A DNA stretch of 64,000 nt from Podarcis melisellensis (lineage: Eukaryota), in the NCBI GenBank assembly GCA_964234715.1, contig OZ174283.1; one strand, written 5' to 3'. A model generated the notes under the pieces. It saw nothing but the letters and a program-made list of their open reading frames with translations. It was not told the DNA's origin and ran no database searches. Positions 33,491 through 47,109 of the stretch are shown piece by piece. Made by a program: the position numbers and the translations under genes. How positions within the stretch are numbered: the first letter of the stretch is position 1; the number at the start of each line of letters is the position of its first letter.

Positions 33491-35672
33491 GCTTGATAGG
33501 ATTAACCACACTGGTGTAGTGGAGTTGGGGCTACCCTGTAACCCTGTAGCAGATCTTTCAGCTGGAGCTGTTGAGTACCTTACTACATAATGCTTTAGAA
33601 AATAAAATATACATACTTATTCAAAATAGAATTTAGTCCAAAAGGTAATTTTAAAAACTACTTCTATCTTAATTTTCTCTCCCCTGGGGGACTAATAATC
33701 ATTAGGAATCTGATTAGTTTATGAACTAAGATACATTTTCATTGAATAATCAGTAGTACTGATACCACTTCTTAATGCTGTTTGCCCACAGGTATTTAGT
33801 CTGGAATCTATTTAAACATGCCACTGTATCTCACTAAATCATGAGTCATTATAGCAGTCTACAACTCCCTGCTGTTCACTATATTAGATGTTAGCGTGAA
33901 AGAAGTATATAGAATAGACTTTGGCTCTGAGAGGCTGGATGGAGGTTTACACTACCATCAGAGTACTGGAGAACTGGAGCATTTTACACTTACCTCTTGC
34001 CCCTAGAGCCACAGTCATGCAGACATATTAAAGTGTAATATCAGTTAGATTGTGTAGTTCATGTGAGACAGTGGTTTAACAACAGATGACAAACTGATCA
34101 ACAGAATCAAAGAGAGACCATTTTAAAGGCACACTCATTTCCTTTAATTGTAGGGAACACTCTCAAACACATATTCACAACCATTACAGTTCTTCTGAAT
34201 GTTTGGCCATATTGCAGTAGTTAAACCTGTAGTATAGCCTATTGCTTAAATTGTTAATATTTATAAGTTTATGAATGTTGCTTATAGTTTCTCCACAGCT
34301 TTTCTAGCCAAGCTGACTAAAATTACCTGCTTTGTTCATAATCTAATTCCTTTGTTGCTTTATTTGAAACATGGCAGAACCACACATGGGCATCAGTGCC
34401 TATACCATGCAATTCCTGTTAAAGGTGTAGAAGAATGTGAGGATGAGAATCTTGACACCTCATGGGAACATGAAGGTGTTGAATTGTATGTACTATACAC
34501 GGTCTGTTGTCAACACCCAGCAATATCCCACATTTAATTGCTTATATTTCTCATATATCACACCTCTGCTCTCAGCTTCATTTATAAATCATTGCAGTGC
34601 TCTCTGAAGGGGTTTCGCTTGTGTGTGTGTTTTCTCTGATTTGCCAGTGCAGAGCCTGCTGTGACATAATATCTTTGTGTGAATTTCCTTTACTGGTGTC
34701 AATTACAGTCTAGAAACATTTTATTACATAAACAGATATGTGAAACAGGATGAGAGGGCAGTGAACTTGCATTCTGCTCAGAAGTCTTTGAGAAGTCTAC
34801 AGGTGTTGATTTTAGACACTTCTTCAAAGATATTGAAGTAGTGCCTTAGTAAGCAGTATTAATAGGAAGAGGCAGATCAAGTTGTACATCCTGAAACACG
34901 AACGTGTATATACATAAACACTACACAATGGACCAATTGTTAAACAAAATGGACCTCTGGCTAGAAGTTAATTTCACTAACGATTCACTGTGTGGATTCA
35001 GAGAAAACAAGTATTTCACAAATTAATTTTATGTCATGGGCTGTTCCAGTGTGGTCTAATTCCATTCACAGAAAGTTGTTTTATTTGATAGAAGTTTCTA
35101 TGAATGGAAGGGGAGGGAAGCTATTTTTTAAAATTCCGGTTTGTTCCCCGGGTGCTACTTTTCATTCTGTTCCAAAGATGCCTCCAACCCTCTGGAGCAG
35201 ATTTAGAAGATACAGAAAAAAGGATATATTGCCTCCCTGATCCTTCTAATCACATAAATCTCTTCTGGGCTTGTTCAGAGAATCCTCTGTGTGCAGAAGG
35301 CTACAATGCAATGTGTTTGCCATGTTGGGGGCCCCAAGTGAAATGTGCTGCTGGTAATTCAGAGGAACCTTGTGCCTCAGGGACAAAACAGGCATGGCAT
35401 TAAGTATGTCAAAGGGGTAATCTTCTCCCAGGTGGACTTAAAGCAGATAGGTAGCATTTTTATGCCCAGATTCCAATGCTTGTTAATTAGATGCAGGTCC
35501 CTCACTTGGCCAGACACCACAGGGAGTAGAGATTCCTGGATCTCTTTGCAGTGACCACAGTGCATCACACGCAGGCTTGCCTTTATTCATTATTTTGAAA
35601 TTTATGTTTCTACATAGTTAGGCTTTACTGGTATGTTTTCTGAAGATGTGAGACAAATTGGAACCCTATATA

Positions 35673-36099
35673 CCATAATTTTCCATGTATAACACGCTCC
35701 CGTTTATAAGATGCTCCCTATTTTGGGGGACTAAAATTAAAGAGCTTTTGGGGGGGAAATTGACCAGAGTTGTTGAGGGTTTTTTTTGGGGGGGGGATGC
35801 CCACGGTTGTTGAGCGATTTTTTTTGGGGGGGGGGAGGAATGCCAAAAATCACTCAACCAACTGAAAAAAGCTAACAATCGCAAGCGACACAAGCCAAAT
35901 TGCAGAAGTAGCAGCCAATCCAAAGCAGCCCTTGCAGCAGACACCATTCACCCACCCAACCACTAGATCCTGCTTGCAGATGCAACCAGTTGCCCGTCCC
36001 CCACTCTGCACTACCCATGTATAAGACAACACCTCCCCCCCCATTTTAAAATTTATTTTGGAGTAAAAAAAACCTCATCTAATACATGGGAAAGTATGG
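35673..36099. mobile_element. Degraded Tc2/pogo-like MITE
   Basis: TA|CCATAATTTTCCATGTAT ... ATACATGGGAAAGTATGG|TA imperfect TIRs. Confidence 0.7.
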
Positions 36100-37299
36100 T
36101 ATGTAAGGACAAGAGATGTAAGGCCTTAGAGATCTAGAGATCTATTATTATATGAAGTGTCAAATGCTTATCCTCAAATAAATTAAGGCATAGCTCAAAA
36201 AGAATGTCTTAGAGCTGTTAAGAATGCTCGCTTGGATTAGTGATGCTTGGATTGGCACAGCAAGGTTTATACATGCTATGGTGAACACAAAAGGATTCAT
36301 CCATGATAATACCAGAAAGAATACCCCAGGAGACAAAATATTTTCTCCTATTTTCCTTTGTAAAATAGACAGAACCCTGACCATTCAAGACTCTTCAAAG
36401 TTTTGGCAAGATAGGTGTGCATTTGATGAATACACAGTGATCATTATGGTGTGTATTGCTGCTATGAGACAGGTGTGTCAGACGCCTTGAGAGAGTAAAG
36501 CTCCTATCTGCACTTGTAAAAGGGGAGAGAGCCCTCTTTCATTTAAAGTATAGAGAACAAAATCCTGGCATACACTTGACATATTAGCCCCATATACTTT
36601 CCATCTCTAGATTTTCCAATACTAAATGTGTGTCAGTGAACTGATCAAAACCCCTTCTTGTTGATATCTTTCTTGATGACTGAAATGCCTATGCATAGTA
36701 TTATTTCTGTATGTAAAGTTATACAGTGTTGACAGATTCTATAGCTCTTCTGTGACATGGTGGCATAAAAACCTTTCTTCCATGACTACCAAAGAAATCA
36801 CTGGGGTTAAATGACAGCGCTCCAAGAGTTATTTGTCTGTCACAGAGAACTGTAAATTGCAGCCTGTCTCCAGGATGGTGTTTAGACACATTCTGAGATT
36901 AATAGTTTTGCATAGATGCTTTGGGTTCCAAGAGATTTTGAGATGAGTTCCATCAAGAAGATCCATCCAATTTGAACTCAAATCAAATGTTTTTGCAAAG
37001 TTTTGGATTCTTGGCAAAGATTAGATTCCAGTTTGTGGACAAAGGCCACGTTATATCTGCTATAAAAATAAAATAAAATAGTTATTTCCAAAACAATATA
37101 CATTTTAAATTGGGATCTTCATTATGTCACAAAGTGTTACGGATTTCTTTTTATTTGTGTACAAGACAATGTCACATACACATAACTTGCATTTTACACT
37201 TATTTTACTTACGTGATTGCAGCTTTGTGCCGGTTGTGGTTAGTAAGTAAGCAAGTGAGTAAATAATTAAATAAAAAGAATGTGGAGGAAATCTACTCT

Positions 37300-37612
37300 C
37301 CATTTATTATCCGCTTCACCCATGCAAAGCTGTGACTGCATCCAAGAACCCTCACACTGCCATCCCAAGCTGGGTAAGTGAGAACCTGGGCGTTGGGGGA
37401 TGGTGCAAACCCTCCCACCTGCTTCCCAAAGCTGGGAAAGAGTTTACTAAACTTTGGGAAGGTGGAGGAAGGGCTCTGGGACACTGCCAGAACCCTCGTG
37501 CCACCTTCCCAAAGCCTCCACCTTGCAGGATGGGAGGTTCTGGAGGTTCCTGACTTTATGCATTTTGTTATTGTCTATGTATGTGAACCCCCAGAACCAA
37601 ACCCTTGTGTAA
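37300..37612. mobile_element. Degraded copy of the 28678-29088 MITE family
   Basis: Shared segments CTTCCCAAAGCTGGG, GGGACACTGCCAGA, CCCCAGAACCAAACCCT. Confidence 0.6.
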
Positions 37613-38674
37613 GATGCTAGTGATGTGTAAGATGCTAGTGATGCTAGTGACCTTAAAAAAAAGTTAAAATAAAACACCTCTTCATCTCTTTGTGTGATGG
37701 TTCTAGGGGTTGCTCGTGCGTAAGCCGGTGCAAACACCTGGCTGTATTGCCTGAGTGAACCTTTCCTGTCCGGACAGCCACTCACCAGTGGCTGTCTCAA
37801 TCGCTGGCAGAATCCGTCAGTGGACGTTTCTTAAACTTCTTCCAGCAAATAAAGTCGCTAAAGCCACTGCATCCTTATTTCACCATTCCTCCTTCCCTAC
37901 CTGTAGTTAATTGAAGACTTGCAGGACAAGCTGAAGAAGGGAGATGAGCTATCCCATGAATTTGTATCTTGAGCAAAGATATAATCATCCAAACCAGGCC
38001 AACAAAGCCCATAAGCACTAATACATCAGAATGTTTTTCTTTCTTAACCAACAAGGTATAGGCATGTTGAATGCATGTTACATAATTCCACACTGAAGAT
38101 CCAGTTAGCACAATCAGTTTTAATTAGATGGCTCTTTCTACACACAATATAAGGCTGTCTCCAATTCTTTATACAAAATTTAAAAACTTTAAAACTGAGC
38201 TTTGTTGAGTACTCACAGTTCTTATTTGCTTGAAATGTAGCATTGGTAATGAGCTTTCCTTAAGTAAAAAATGCAAATCTGATTTTTGCATATATCAGCA
38301 TTAGGTTGCATTTGCTGTTCCATTCAGGCATATCCTACTGTCCAATTAAGATGGGTCAGAATTATTTCTTACAGCTGCTTTATAAAATCCTGCTGATTTG
38401 TAACAGATATTGTAAATCCCTGCTCTAAGACAAAGACCAGACCCTTTAATGCACTCTGTTGCACACATGATCAGAAGCTTCTCTCATCCATTTCAGTGAG
38501 TGGTGCTTCTTGTGCTGTTAATACCTAAGGTAAAGGCAATACCTAGCTGGGTATTAATTATAAATCAATCTGTAACATATCTGAACTGAGCCATTTTCAG
38601 TATTAGTGCTTTAAAATTCACTCTCCTTTCCTTTCTCTTTATGTATAATGTGTCAGATATTAGTGAAAATATGC

Positions 38675-39366
38675 TTTTTTTGGCATTTGTCTATCTCGAG
38701 AGACAATGGGGTTCGCCTCTGACGGTGAAGTCAAACCACTGTGTTAGCAGCAGCAAAGTGACCTTCCCAGGGCACAAGCCTGGGCACTGTGTATGGAGGT
38801 CCTGGGTGGTCCAGATGACAAGACCCCCTCCCCCACTTCAGCCACGCTGATGGGGTCCCAATGAAATCAGAGCAATATGTTTGGCACCAGCTTGACTGTG
38901 GGAGTTGCAAGAAGAAGGCGTACACGGCCCCATCCCACTGCCTTAGGGACTTAATTCCGGATTTGTGTAGGGCTTTACTCCCGCAAGGCAGTAAGGTTTT
39001 AGGATCAGAGTTTTCTTTTTTCCTAGATGAGCCTCATTTGCCCCTCACTTCTCCCTATGGCACGTGCAGAAACCACCTTCTTGACTGTTGGACAGACTAT
39101 TGGTCTCATCCGCTCAATACACTGGAGCCTTTTTTCACATGCAGGGGAAATTCCTAACTCACTCAGGGTTTGAAACCCATCAGCTACTCACACATGGCTT
39201 AGCTGGCCAGTTGAAGCCATTCCCGGGATGTGGCCACTGTCACATGTTGACAGCTTCTAGGAGTCAGAGGTGAGAACTGAGTGCAAGGTGGGGACCAAAG
39301 GTGTTCAAACTACCCCAGATAGAGCATGCCATATTCTCCACCAGAAGTGCTACCTCTCCCCTAACA
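38675..39366 (-). mobile_element. RTE-derived non-autonomous retroposon (second copy)
   Basis: Clear similarity to 32774-33490; short A tail on the minus strand. Confidence 0.65.
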
Positions 39367-39932
39367 CTGCATACACCCCAAATATGCTTTAACATGCTGA
39401 CATAAATAATGTAATGTTATGTATGCCTATGAAGCACACCTGTATTTTTAACAAGAAAAGTCTTAACCCATTACACATAAAAGGCTTCTATAACAAAATG
39501 ATTGACACAGTACAAATCCAATGTATAAACAGATATCACATAAGCTATTGACACATAAATATCTCTATTCAGCTTTTCATTTATTTTCTTGTAACTTCCC
39601 GGCTTGACTGTTGTAATGTGCTTTGTGTGGGGCTTCCATCAATTATGATGTAGCTCTTCTTCTCATGCTGTCAGGAAATAGGAGTATGTGGAGCCTTTTG
39701 TTTCATCAGCTGCTGGAAATGAGCTTTGGGGCCTAGTTCATGGTTCATACAACCATCAATACAAAAAACAGAATTTCAGTCTCTGTGAAACGATTAAAAG
39801 TGAAGGAAAGGAAGACAAGGTAAGAACTGGCTACATTAATACATCTAGCCACCTGTTCTATTTGGTTGGTTCCCTCAGAAAAAATACACAGCAGGATCTG
39901 AACAGACTGATCAGGAAACAGTGTTATAAGTA

Positions 39933-40303
39933 CGGTAACTGTAAAAAGGTAAACGTACCCCTGACCATAAGGTCCAGTCGCAGATGACTCTGGGGTTGAG
40001 CGCTCATCTTGCTCTATAGGCCGAGGGAGCTGGCGTTTATCCGCAGACAGCTTCCGGGTCATGTGGCCAGCATGACTAAGCTGCTTCTGGCAAACCACAG
40101 CAGCGCACGGAAACGCCATTTACCTTCCTGCCAGAGCGGTGCCTATTTATCTACTTGCACTTGATGTGCTTTCAAACTGCTAGGTGGGCAGGAGCTGAGA
40201 CCAAACAACGGGAGCTCACCCCATCGCGGGGATTAGAACTGCCGACCTTCCGATCGGCAAGCCCTAAGCTCAGTGGATTAGACCACAGTGCCACCCGCAT
40301 TCC
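39933..40303 (-). mobile_element. Sauria SINE
   Basis: Reverse complement of the 8860 family; TSD ATAAGTA. Confidence 0.92.
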
Positions 40304-40942
40304 ATAAGTAAATGTAGTACAGTATATTGTTGTTGGAGGAAGACCAAACCATACCCTGAGATGATGGGCTTGTATTCATCAGGTTTTAATGTGAATTTGA
40401 AGACCACAACTGTGGCTAGCCATCATGCATCCCAGTTTCTGGTCTAATCAAGGGGGTAAATCTAAGAAATTGGAAGGCGAGATCAAATGCACACACGGTG
40501 GATTGAGTCAACACAAGGGAAGGATTACTAGTGTGGCCAGTGAGTAGAGGAATTGCAGCTCAAATAAAAGAGCTAATACTCACATGTGTGGACTAGGAAG
40601 ATGTCTAGCTGGGCAGGTAGGCGGACATATTTGTTGTAACAACTTAACAGCTCTCATGTGGCCTTGAAATTCTTGTTACCCTTTATGAGAGCTTCTGGGC
40701 TGTATCTTGCTCTTTCATGCCTCTGAGTCTGAATCATTAAGCTGCTTTAATAAAAAATATCACTTCCTTACTCATCAGTAAGTGCACTTATTGTTGTGTT
40801 TTGGGTGGGAGCGAGGACAGGTATTTCTCCTTACAATGACTTTTCTAACAAACCTTTTATTGAGGTTTTTATTTTATTTTTGTACTTTATATAATTGTAG
40901 GATTTTTTTCTCTCGTAAGTCCCTTTGTTGTTGCTGGTACTT

Positions 40943-41012
40943 AGAATCATAGAATCATAGAGTTGGAAGAGACCACAAGGGCCATCGAGTCCAACCCCCT
41001 GCCAAGCAGGAA
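40943..41012 (-). mobile_element. CR1 LINE extreme 3' end
   Basis: AGAATCATAGAATCATAGAGTTGGAAGAGACC...AGTCCAACCCCCTGC is the reverse of the CR1 (ATTCTATG)n tail and terminal region. Confidence 0.85.
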
Positions 41013-42079
41013 ACAAATAAATTGAATACTTAAAACAAATGTGTGTGTTTGAATAAATGGTGCTAAATTTCATATGCATACAATCATTTGCTACATTTTA
41101 GGATTATCAAACACTTTTTGCAGAAACCTAAATAACTTAAATATTAGATCCAGCAGCAAAATGAGGGCTTCTGCTTCTATTGTATTCTCTCTCGCACTCT
41201 CTATGTTTTTTAAACTGAATAACCATTCCATTTTCCCAGTGTATAGTCTTGAAAGAACAATTCAACATTTGTGTTCTGATTAGGGTATTTGGGAGGAGGA
41301 GTTCTTTACAACATTATCCTATACATGTTTACTCAGAAGTTACCCAGTGAGTTCATTAGTGCTTACTCACAGGTATAGCATCCCAGCCTCAACCAGCATT
41401 GCATTATTCTCTGATGGTGTCCTATGGGAGTGCCTGAAAATATAAGAATCACCTTTGGCATCTAAAGTTTGGCAGAACTAAGGTGCATGGAAAGAGATTA
41501 AGGATGAAGCTCAAGAGCATTGTCCAATTTTGCCCAACCATCCTCTACTATAAGACTTTACTTTTATCTCTTTATTTGTGCTCTGAGCCAAAAAAATTCC
41601 ATCAGCTTCTCAAAATGAGGACTCAATGCACAGATAAAATCTTGGCTGGATGACCGGCTTACATGAACTCCAATCCTTCTTTAGGAACTGTTGGCATACA
41701 TTGATGTGCATGAATTCAGACCTCTTTCTCGTCTGCCTTCTTCATTCTTGTGAGCACTCAGCTTTGCAAATTTACAAATGCAAAGGTGAGTAAATGTTTC
41801 CAGTACTTTATTGAAATGGGATTATAGATGATATACTATTTAACACCAAATCCTACCAATGAATTAACTTGATACAGTACTGTGTTTTTGAGTTGCACTT
41901 TAATGAGATAAACACAGAGCTGATAATTTTGGTTTAATTATTCTGAGAGAGTAAGCAATTTAAAAACAAGCATTCTTGTGGAGTATATGTTAGATGCTTT
42001 AAATGGAAAGCATAACGAGCTTTATACAGAACTGTTAATTTGACTACAGTGGCATATAGAGCACGAGATCAAATATTGA

Positions 42080-42490
42080 ATAAATATGTGGAAGAAAACA
42101 GCAGCTGAATGTAAGGTAGTATAGATTCAGTAAAGCTAGATTTTGCTTGGTTAATCTTTATCAAGAAAATGTGTTTATAGGAAATGCAGATGACCTAACC
42201 TATCAGACCTTCAAAAAACTGTGGTTGACAGGTGAAAGATGACAAAGGATTGTTTTTGAAAATAAACCTTTAGATTACATAGAAGTCATCAGATAAGATT
42301 CTTGGGGATCATGCTTTGGGTCAATTCTATTTAATAAATTTGATGGTTCTCATGAAGGTCCTAATACTGCAGTCCATTGCTAACACAAACCTGGCAGAGA
42401 TGTAAACCACATTGGCAGACAGGTGGTATATAAATAGATAGGGATGGTTAACTGTATGGCCTTATGAACTGGGCTAATAGAAATGTAATT
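42080..42490 (+). mobile_element. Ancient CR1/L3-like RT remnant
   Basis: Nucleotide traces in the expected order of DFSKAFD (gattcagtaaagc), QGS-LG-ILFN (gggatcatgctttgggtcaattctatttaat) and ADDTKL (gctaacacaaacctgg). Confidence 0.45.
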
Positions 42491-43535
42491 AAACTAAATT
42501 AAATAGATTTTTACTAAGGTGAGTTTGATTAATGATTATTATTTTATATTTTTTATTATCTGTTGTCAACTGAGCAAATAAAAATAACAGAGGAGGAAGG
42601 AAACCATTAGTAATAGCCACCAGTGTCATGTGTCTTTAAAGAGAACATGTGTAGCTATATATATAAAACATCTGTAACCATATACATGCCTGCTGGCTTG
42701 GTGCCCCCTGCCTATAATTATAAATAACAATAAGAGGAAAGAATGCTTCTGTGACCAGCATCAGCTGCAGTGCATGCATGTTGACTAAGGTGGTGATGCT
42801 GGGCCTCTTTGGTTGCTGCCACATCATTTGCTGCTCTCGGGGTGGTCCTTTGCCCTGGCCCATGTGGCCCTAGACTTTGACCCAGAGGTCCAGCTCTAGC
42901 TGCTCTTCAGGGAATGATTTAGGTTTTTAAGAATATTTAGCAAGAAGGTAGTAACAAAACAGACTGAAAAGAGTAAAAAATATAGATAGAGACACCAGAA
43001 CTGAAATATATGGTCATATGTATTATGTGACAACATGTATTATGATGATGATATTACCAAATTACAACTTAATTTTGCACATTGTTCAGTTATACATTCC
43101 TTCCCCCAATGAGAAAAGTGGTAGTTCCCACCATTAACAGGCAGTAGCAGGCAGAGGAAAAGTTCACGAGTCTATCATTGTCTGTATGACCCAATTATCT
43201 AGTCATTTGAATTTGCCCTCCTAGACAGGTATGCTTTAAAAAAAAATGCTCTATAGGCTGCTGTCATGTAAAAAATGCTTTAAAATAAATGTGCATTCTT
43301 TGTAGTGTGCCTTGTCTTTGTGGGTACCAGGACTTTTCTACCCCTAGGCAGCATGAAATATCCTGCCTCAGGTAGCTGTTTTCAAGGTACTAGTTTCAGA
43401 TACACTGTTTGTCTTACAGAAATAGTCTCAACATTTCTGCAACACTGATAAGCATGACATTAAACTAGAGAGTTTGGAGAGAGACATTTTCCACAGTTCA
43501 AAGTTTATTGTTAATTGGGTAAATAAGAGGTTACC

Positions 43536-44390
43536 TACTGGCCAAAATATTGGGAAATAATTGAAAAAGTTGGAAACAATTGGAGGTTGCAGAGTATGGA
43601 AAAACTAAAAAACAAGGTGCGAGATTGGTTGCACTATGCACAAATTCAGGAGGTTTTTAAAGGGGATAAAAAGGTTGGGTTCCAGGTGGAAAAATCGAAA
43701 CTAGAGACAGAATTGTTAGAAGCAAAAAATAAATTACTTTCGAGAATGTATAATTTGCTGCTTAAATGGAATACACAGGATGAGACAGTAAAATCCGCCA
43801 TGATAAAGTGGGCGCAGGATATTGGGCACAACATCATGTTTGAGGACTGGGAAAGGTTATGGAACACCGGAATGAAATTTACGGCATGTAGTGCCTTGAA
43901 GGAAAATATTATGAAAATGGTATACCGGTGGTACATGACCCCAGTCAAGCTGGCTAAGATATATCACCTGTCGGATAATAAATGTTGGAAATGTAAGGAG
44001 GCGGAAGGGACATTCTTTCACCTCTGGTGGACTTGCCCAAAAGTGAAGGCCTTCTGGGAGATGATTTACAATGAGTTAAAAAAGGTATTTAGATATACCT
44101 TACCTAAGAAACCGGAGGCCTTTCTCCTGGGCATTGTGGACCAGAAAGTGTTAAAGAAGGATAGAACTTTCTTTATGTATGCTACTACAGCAGCAAGCAT
44201 TTTGATTGCAAAGCATTGGAAGACACAAGATTTACCCACGCTGGAGGAATGGCAGGCGCAGTTGTTGGACTATATGGAACTGGCTGAAATGACTGGCAGA
44301 ATCCGAGACTTGGGAGAAGAAACAATGGAAGAGGACTGGAAAAAATTTAAGGACTATCTGCAAAAACATTATAAGCTGTACGAATGTTAA
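43536..44390 (+). pseudogene. L1 ORF2 C-terminal fragment (zinc-binding region, no RT core)
   Basis: The 267-aa ORF-track protein extends 17 codons upstream to the truncation point; motifs WYMTP, CWKCKEAEGTFFHLWWTCPKVKAFW, IAKHWK. Confidence 0.88.
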
Positions 44391-44772
44391 GAAAATGCAC
44401 TCTTAAGGAAATTCTAGCTTCAGCAATTGTGATGAGTGAAATGAAAATTAAGGTACAAGAAGTTAGAGGTGGTATTATGAAATAACTTTATTGTGTTTAA
44501 CTTAAAACATATAAGAATTGGGACACAACATTTTGAAACTTGGTAACATAATAAAATGAAAGATACAATAAGCTGTGAAATAAGTTAACAAATTGCTGAT
44601 GTTTTGTATTATAAAGAATGCAAGGTCTGGAGGATGTGGGGAAGTCCATTAGATTTGTTGAAAAAAAGAACATGGAAATTTGAAATTTTTTCTATTTATT
44701 TTTCTGTTATCTGTCTTCTATTCTTTTTTTCTGTATTTTATAAACTCAATAAAAATATTATTAAAAAAAAAA
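43536..44772 (+). mobile_element. 5'-truncated L1-clade LINE (ORF2 C-terminus, 3'UTR, polyA)
   Basis: Frame open from the insertion edge to 44390; L1-type cysteine-rich motif CWKC-x8-HLWWTC; AATAAA near 44748 and A-tail; flanked by a 37-bp direct repeat (43499-43535 and 44773-44809). Confidence 0.92.
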
Positions 44773-44799
44773 CAAAGTTTATTGTTAATTGGGTAAATA

Positions 44800-45176
44800 A
44801 GAGGTTACCAACCTTTTTGGGCCTGTGGGCAACTTTGCAATATACACAATATGTACACCACAACTAGGAATGCCATACATCCGGGTTCGCCTGGACACAT
44901 CTGAGAAAAGCTCAGAAAAATGACATCTGGGTGGATTTTTGCTGAATCAGCAAAATGTTCTGGAAACATGTGGCAAGTTGGCCTACTTTTTATAAATAAA
45001 TTCTGAAAAAAATCAAAGGATATTTTTGGAATATGGCAACCCTAACCATAAACTGTTGTAATGGTTGCAATAAAATGTTTCTTTTAAATCTTATTTCGGG
45101 GGTGGAGTGCTGCAAGTTCCAGGGAGAGCTTCTGCAGGCGCATGGGCATCCATGGGTGCTGTGTTAGTGACGCCTG
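44800..45176. mobile_element. Old hAT-like MITE with a nested second MITE (about 44866-45043)
   Basis: Outer ends AGAGGTTACCAACC / GTTAGTGACGCCTG; inner ends TAGGAATGCCATA / TATGGCAACCCTA; degraded. Confidence 0.5.
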
Positions 45177-46208
45177 AGTTAAATTAATACCGATGAGTGC
45201 AGCTTAACATTGATCCACAAAGACAAGGGTTGTACTAGATAAGAATTAGCATAAATTGGGGAAGCTTTGTAACATATAAACATGGGCCTCCAGGGCTTTC
45301 GGTTTCAGATTGTGTGATTTATCAGTTAAGTTATCTGAACAGAGAAGTGTTGGAATTAGATTTGCAGCCAAACCACTTGAGTCACTGTTGCCTTTGAACT
45401 CAACTGGAATATAACACAGCTGTTGCTTTTGTAGCTCTTCACAGTAGGTTTCCTGTGCTGACAAGCTGAACAACTTGTTTTCACCCACAGTGTTCAGAAA
45501 CTTGTAGTAACTTCAGTAGTAGAAAAATTAAATGTGAAAGTAGTGTCATTTAACTTGTGATACTACAGGCCCACATTATCACTGCAGGTTTGGTTTTTTT
45601 AAGCAGAAGTGTGACTTTGCCTGTGCACTTCCGCTTTCCCACTGGAGCTCTTAAGACTAGTTTTGTGTTGATGCTATGCGATAGGACAGGTCGCTTCAAA
45701 AGTATGTAATAAGCTATCGCTGGTTCTTTTTGAGATGTCAGATACCTACTTTATTATAGCAAGAAAATGACAGTCAATTTCAATCAGAATTTATTGCGAA
45801 CATTAAGAGCTGGAAGGACTTTGGCTAATCATTATAATGTCCCCAACAAATGGTAAATGAAAGCATAAGGAAATTGAGTTAACACAAGTTAAAAGTTCAC
45901 ATTCTTACTGAATTATATTAGAAGACCCATGACTTAATTAAATTATCTGAAACTGCTGGTTTCACTTCTCTTATAACAGCACATTTGTATGATAGTTTCC
46001 TGGTAGATGCATAATAGCTTGGTTTATGTACAAAGAATAGATAATGTAGGCTGCAATCCTTCATCCAGTTACCTGAGAGTATGCTCTGTTGAAGCCAATA
46101 CAAGTTACTTTTGAGTTAACATGTATAGGATCATACTGTTAAATCAATTATATAGCTTTCTTCTAAATTTTCGTACGCACAGACCCATATGCACAATTAT
46201 TTTCTATA

Positions 46209-46464
46209 CAGTGGTACCTCGGGATGTGAACGGGATTCATTCTGGAGCCCCGTTCGCATCCCGAACGGAATGCAAGACGCGACAGCGTGTCTGCGTGTGT
46301 GCAGGTCGCGTTTCACCGCTTCCGCCCATGTGTGTGACGTCATTTTGACTGCGCAAGCGCAAGCGGCGAAACCCGGAAGTAACGCGCTCTGTTACTTCCG
46401 GGTTGCCGCGGAGCGCAACCCGAAAATACTTATCCTGAAGTGTATTTATCCCGAGGTATGACTG
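46209..46464. mobile_element. Tc1/mariner-superfamily MITE, related TIRs, different core
   Basis: CAGTGGTACCTCGGGAT...ATCCCGAGGTATGACTG; TA flanks; CpG-rich. Confidence 0.85.
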
Positions 46465-46747
46465 TATTATTTTTGTCCTTGGAGCATTTGCTCCAGACTT
46501 ATCATAATTGAAACTCTGCTCACAGAACATTCCCACTGGAGAAAGGGAGAAGGCATTTTCTCTCTGAACTTTCTTTTGGAGGATTGGGGTTTCTTTGGTT
46601 CATCTTTGCCATTGTACTTTTAATATTTTCCCCAGAATGGCTGGGGAAACCCACCCAGATGGGTGGGGTAAAAATAATAAATTATTATTATTATTATTCC
46701 TCTCTATAGCAGCATCTTTGCTTTTGCTGTTTGCTATAAGCAGTACA

Positions 46748-47109
46748 GGGACGCGGGTGGCGCTGTGGTCTAAACCACTGAGCCTTGGGCTTGCCCGTCA
46801 GAAGGTTGGTGGTTCGAATCCCCGCAACGGGGTGAGCTCCCGTTGCTTGGTCTCAGCTCCTGCCAACCTAGCAGTTCGAAAGCACATCAAATTGTAAGTA
46901 GATAAATAGGTACCGCTCCGGCGGGAAGTTGAACAGCATTTCCGTGCGCTGCTCTGGTTTCACCAGAGCGGCTTAGTCATGCTGGCCACATGACCCGGAA
47001 AAACTGTCTGTGGACAAACGCCAGATCCCTTGGACAGTAAAGCAAGATGAGCACCGCAACCCCAGAGTCGTTCGCGACTGGACTTAACTGTCAGGGGTCC
47101 CTTTACCTT
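46748..47109 (+). mobile_element. Sauria SINE
   Basis: Full head-to-tail match to the 8860 copy; TSD TATAAGCAGTA. Confidence 0.93.
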
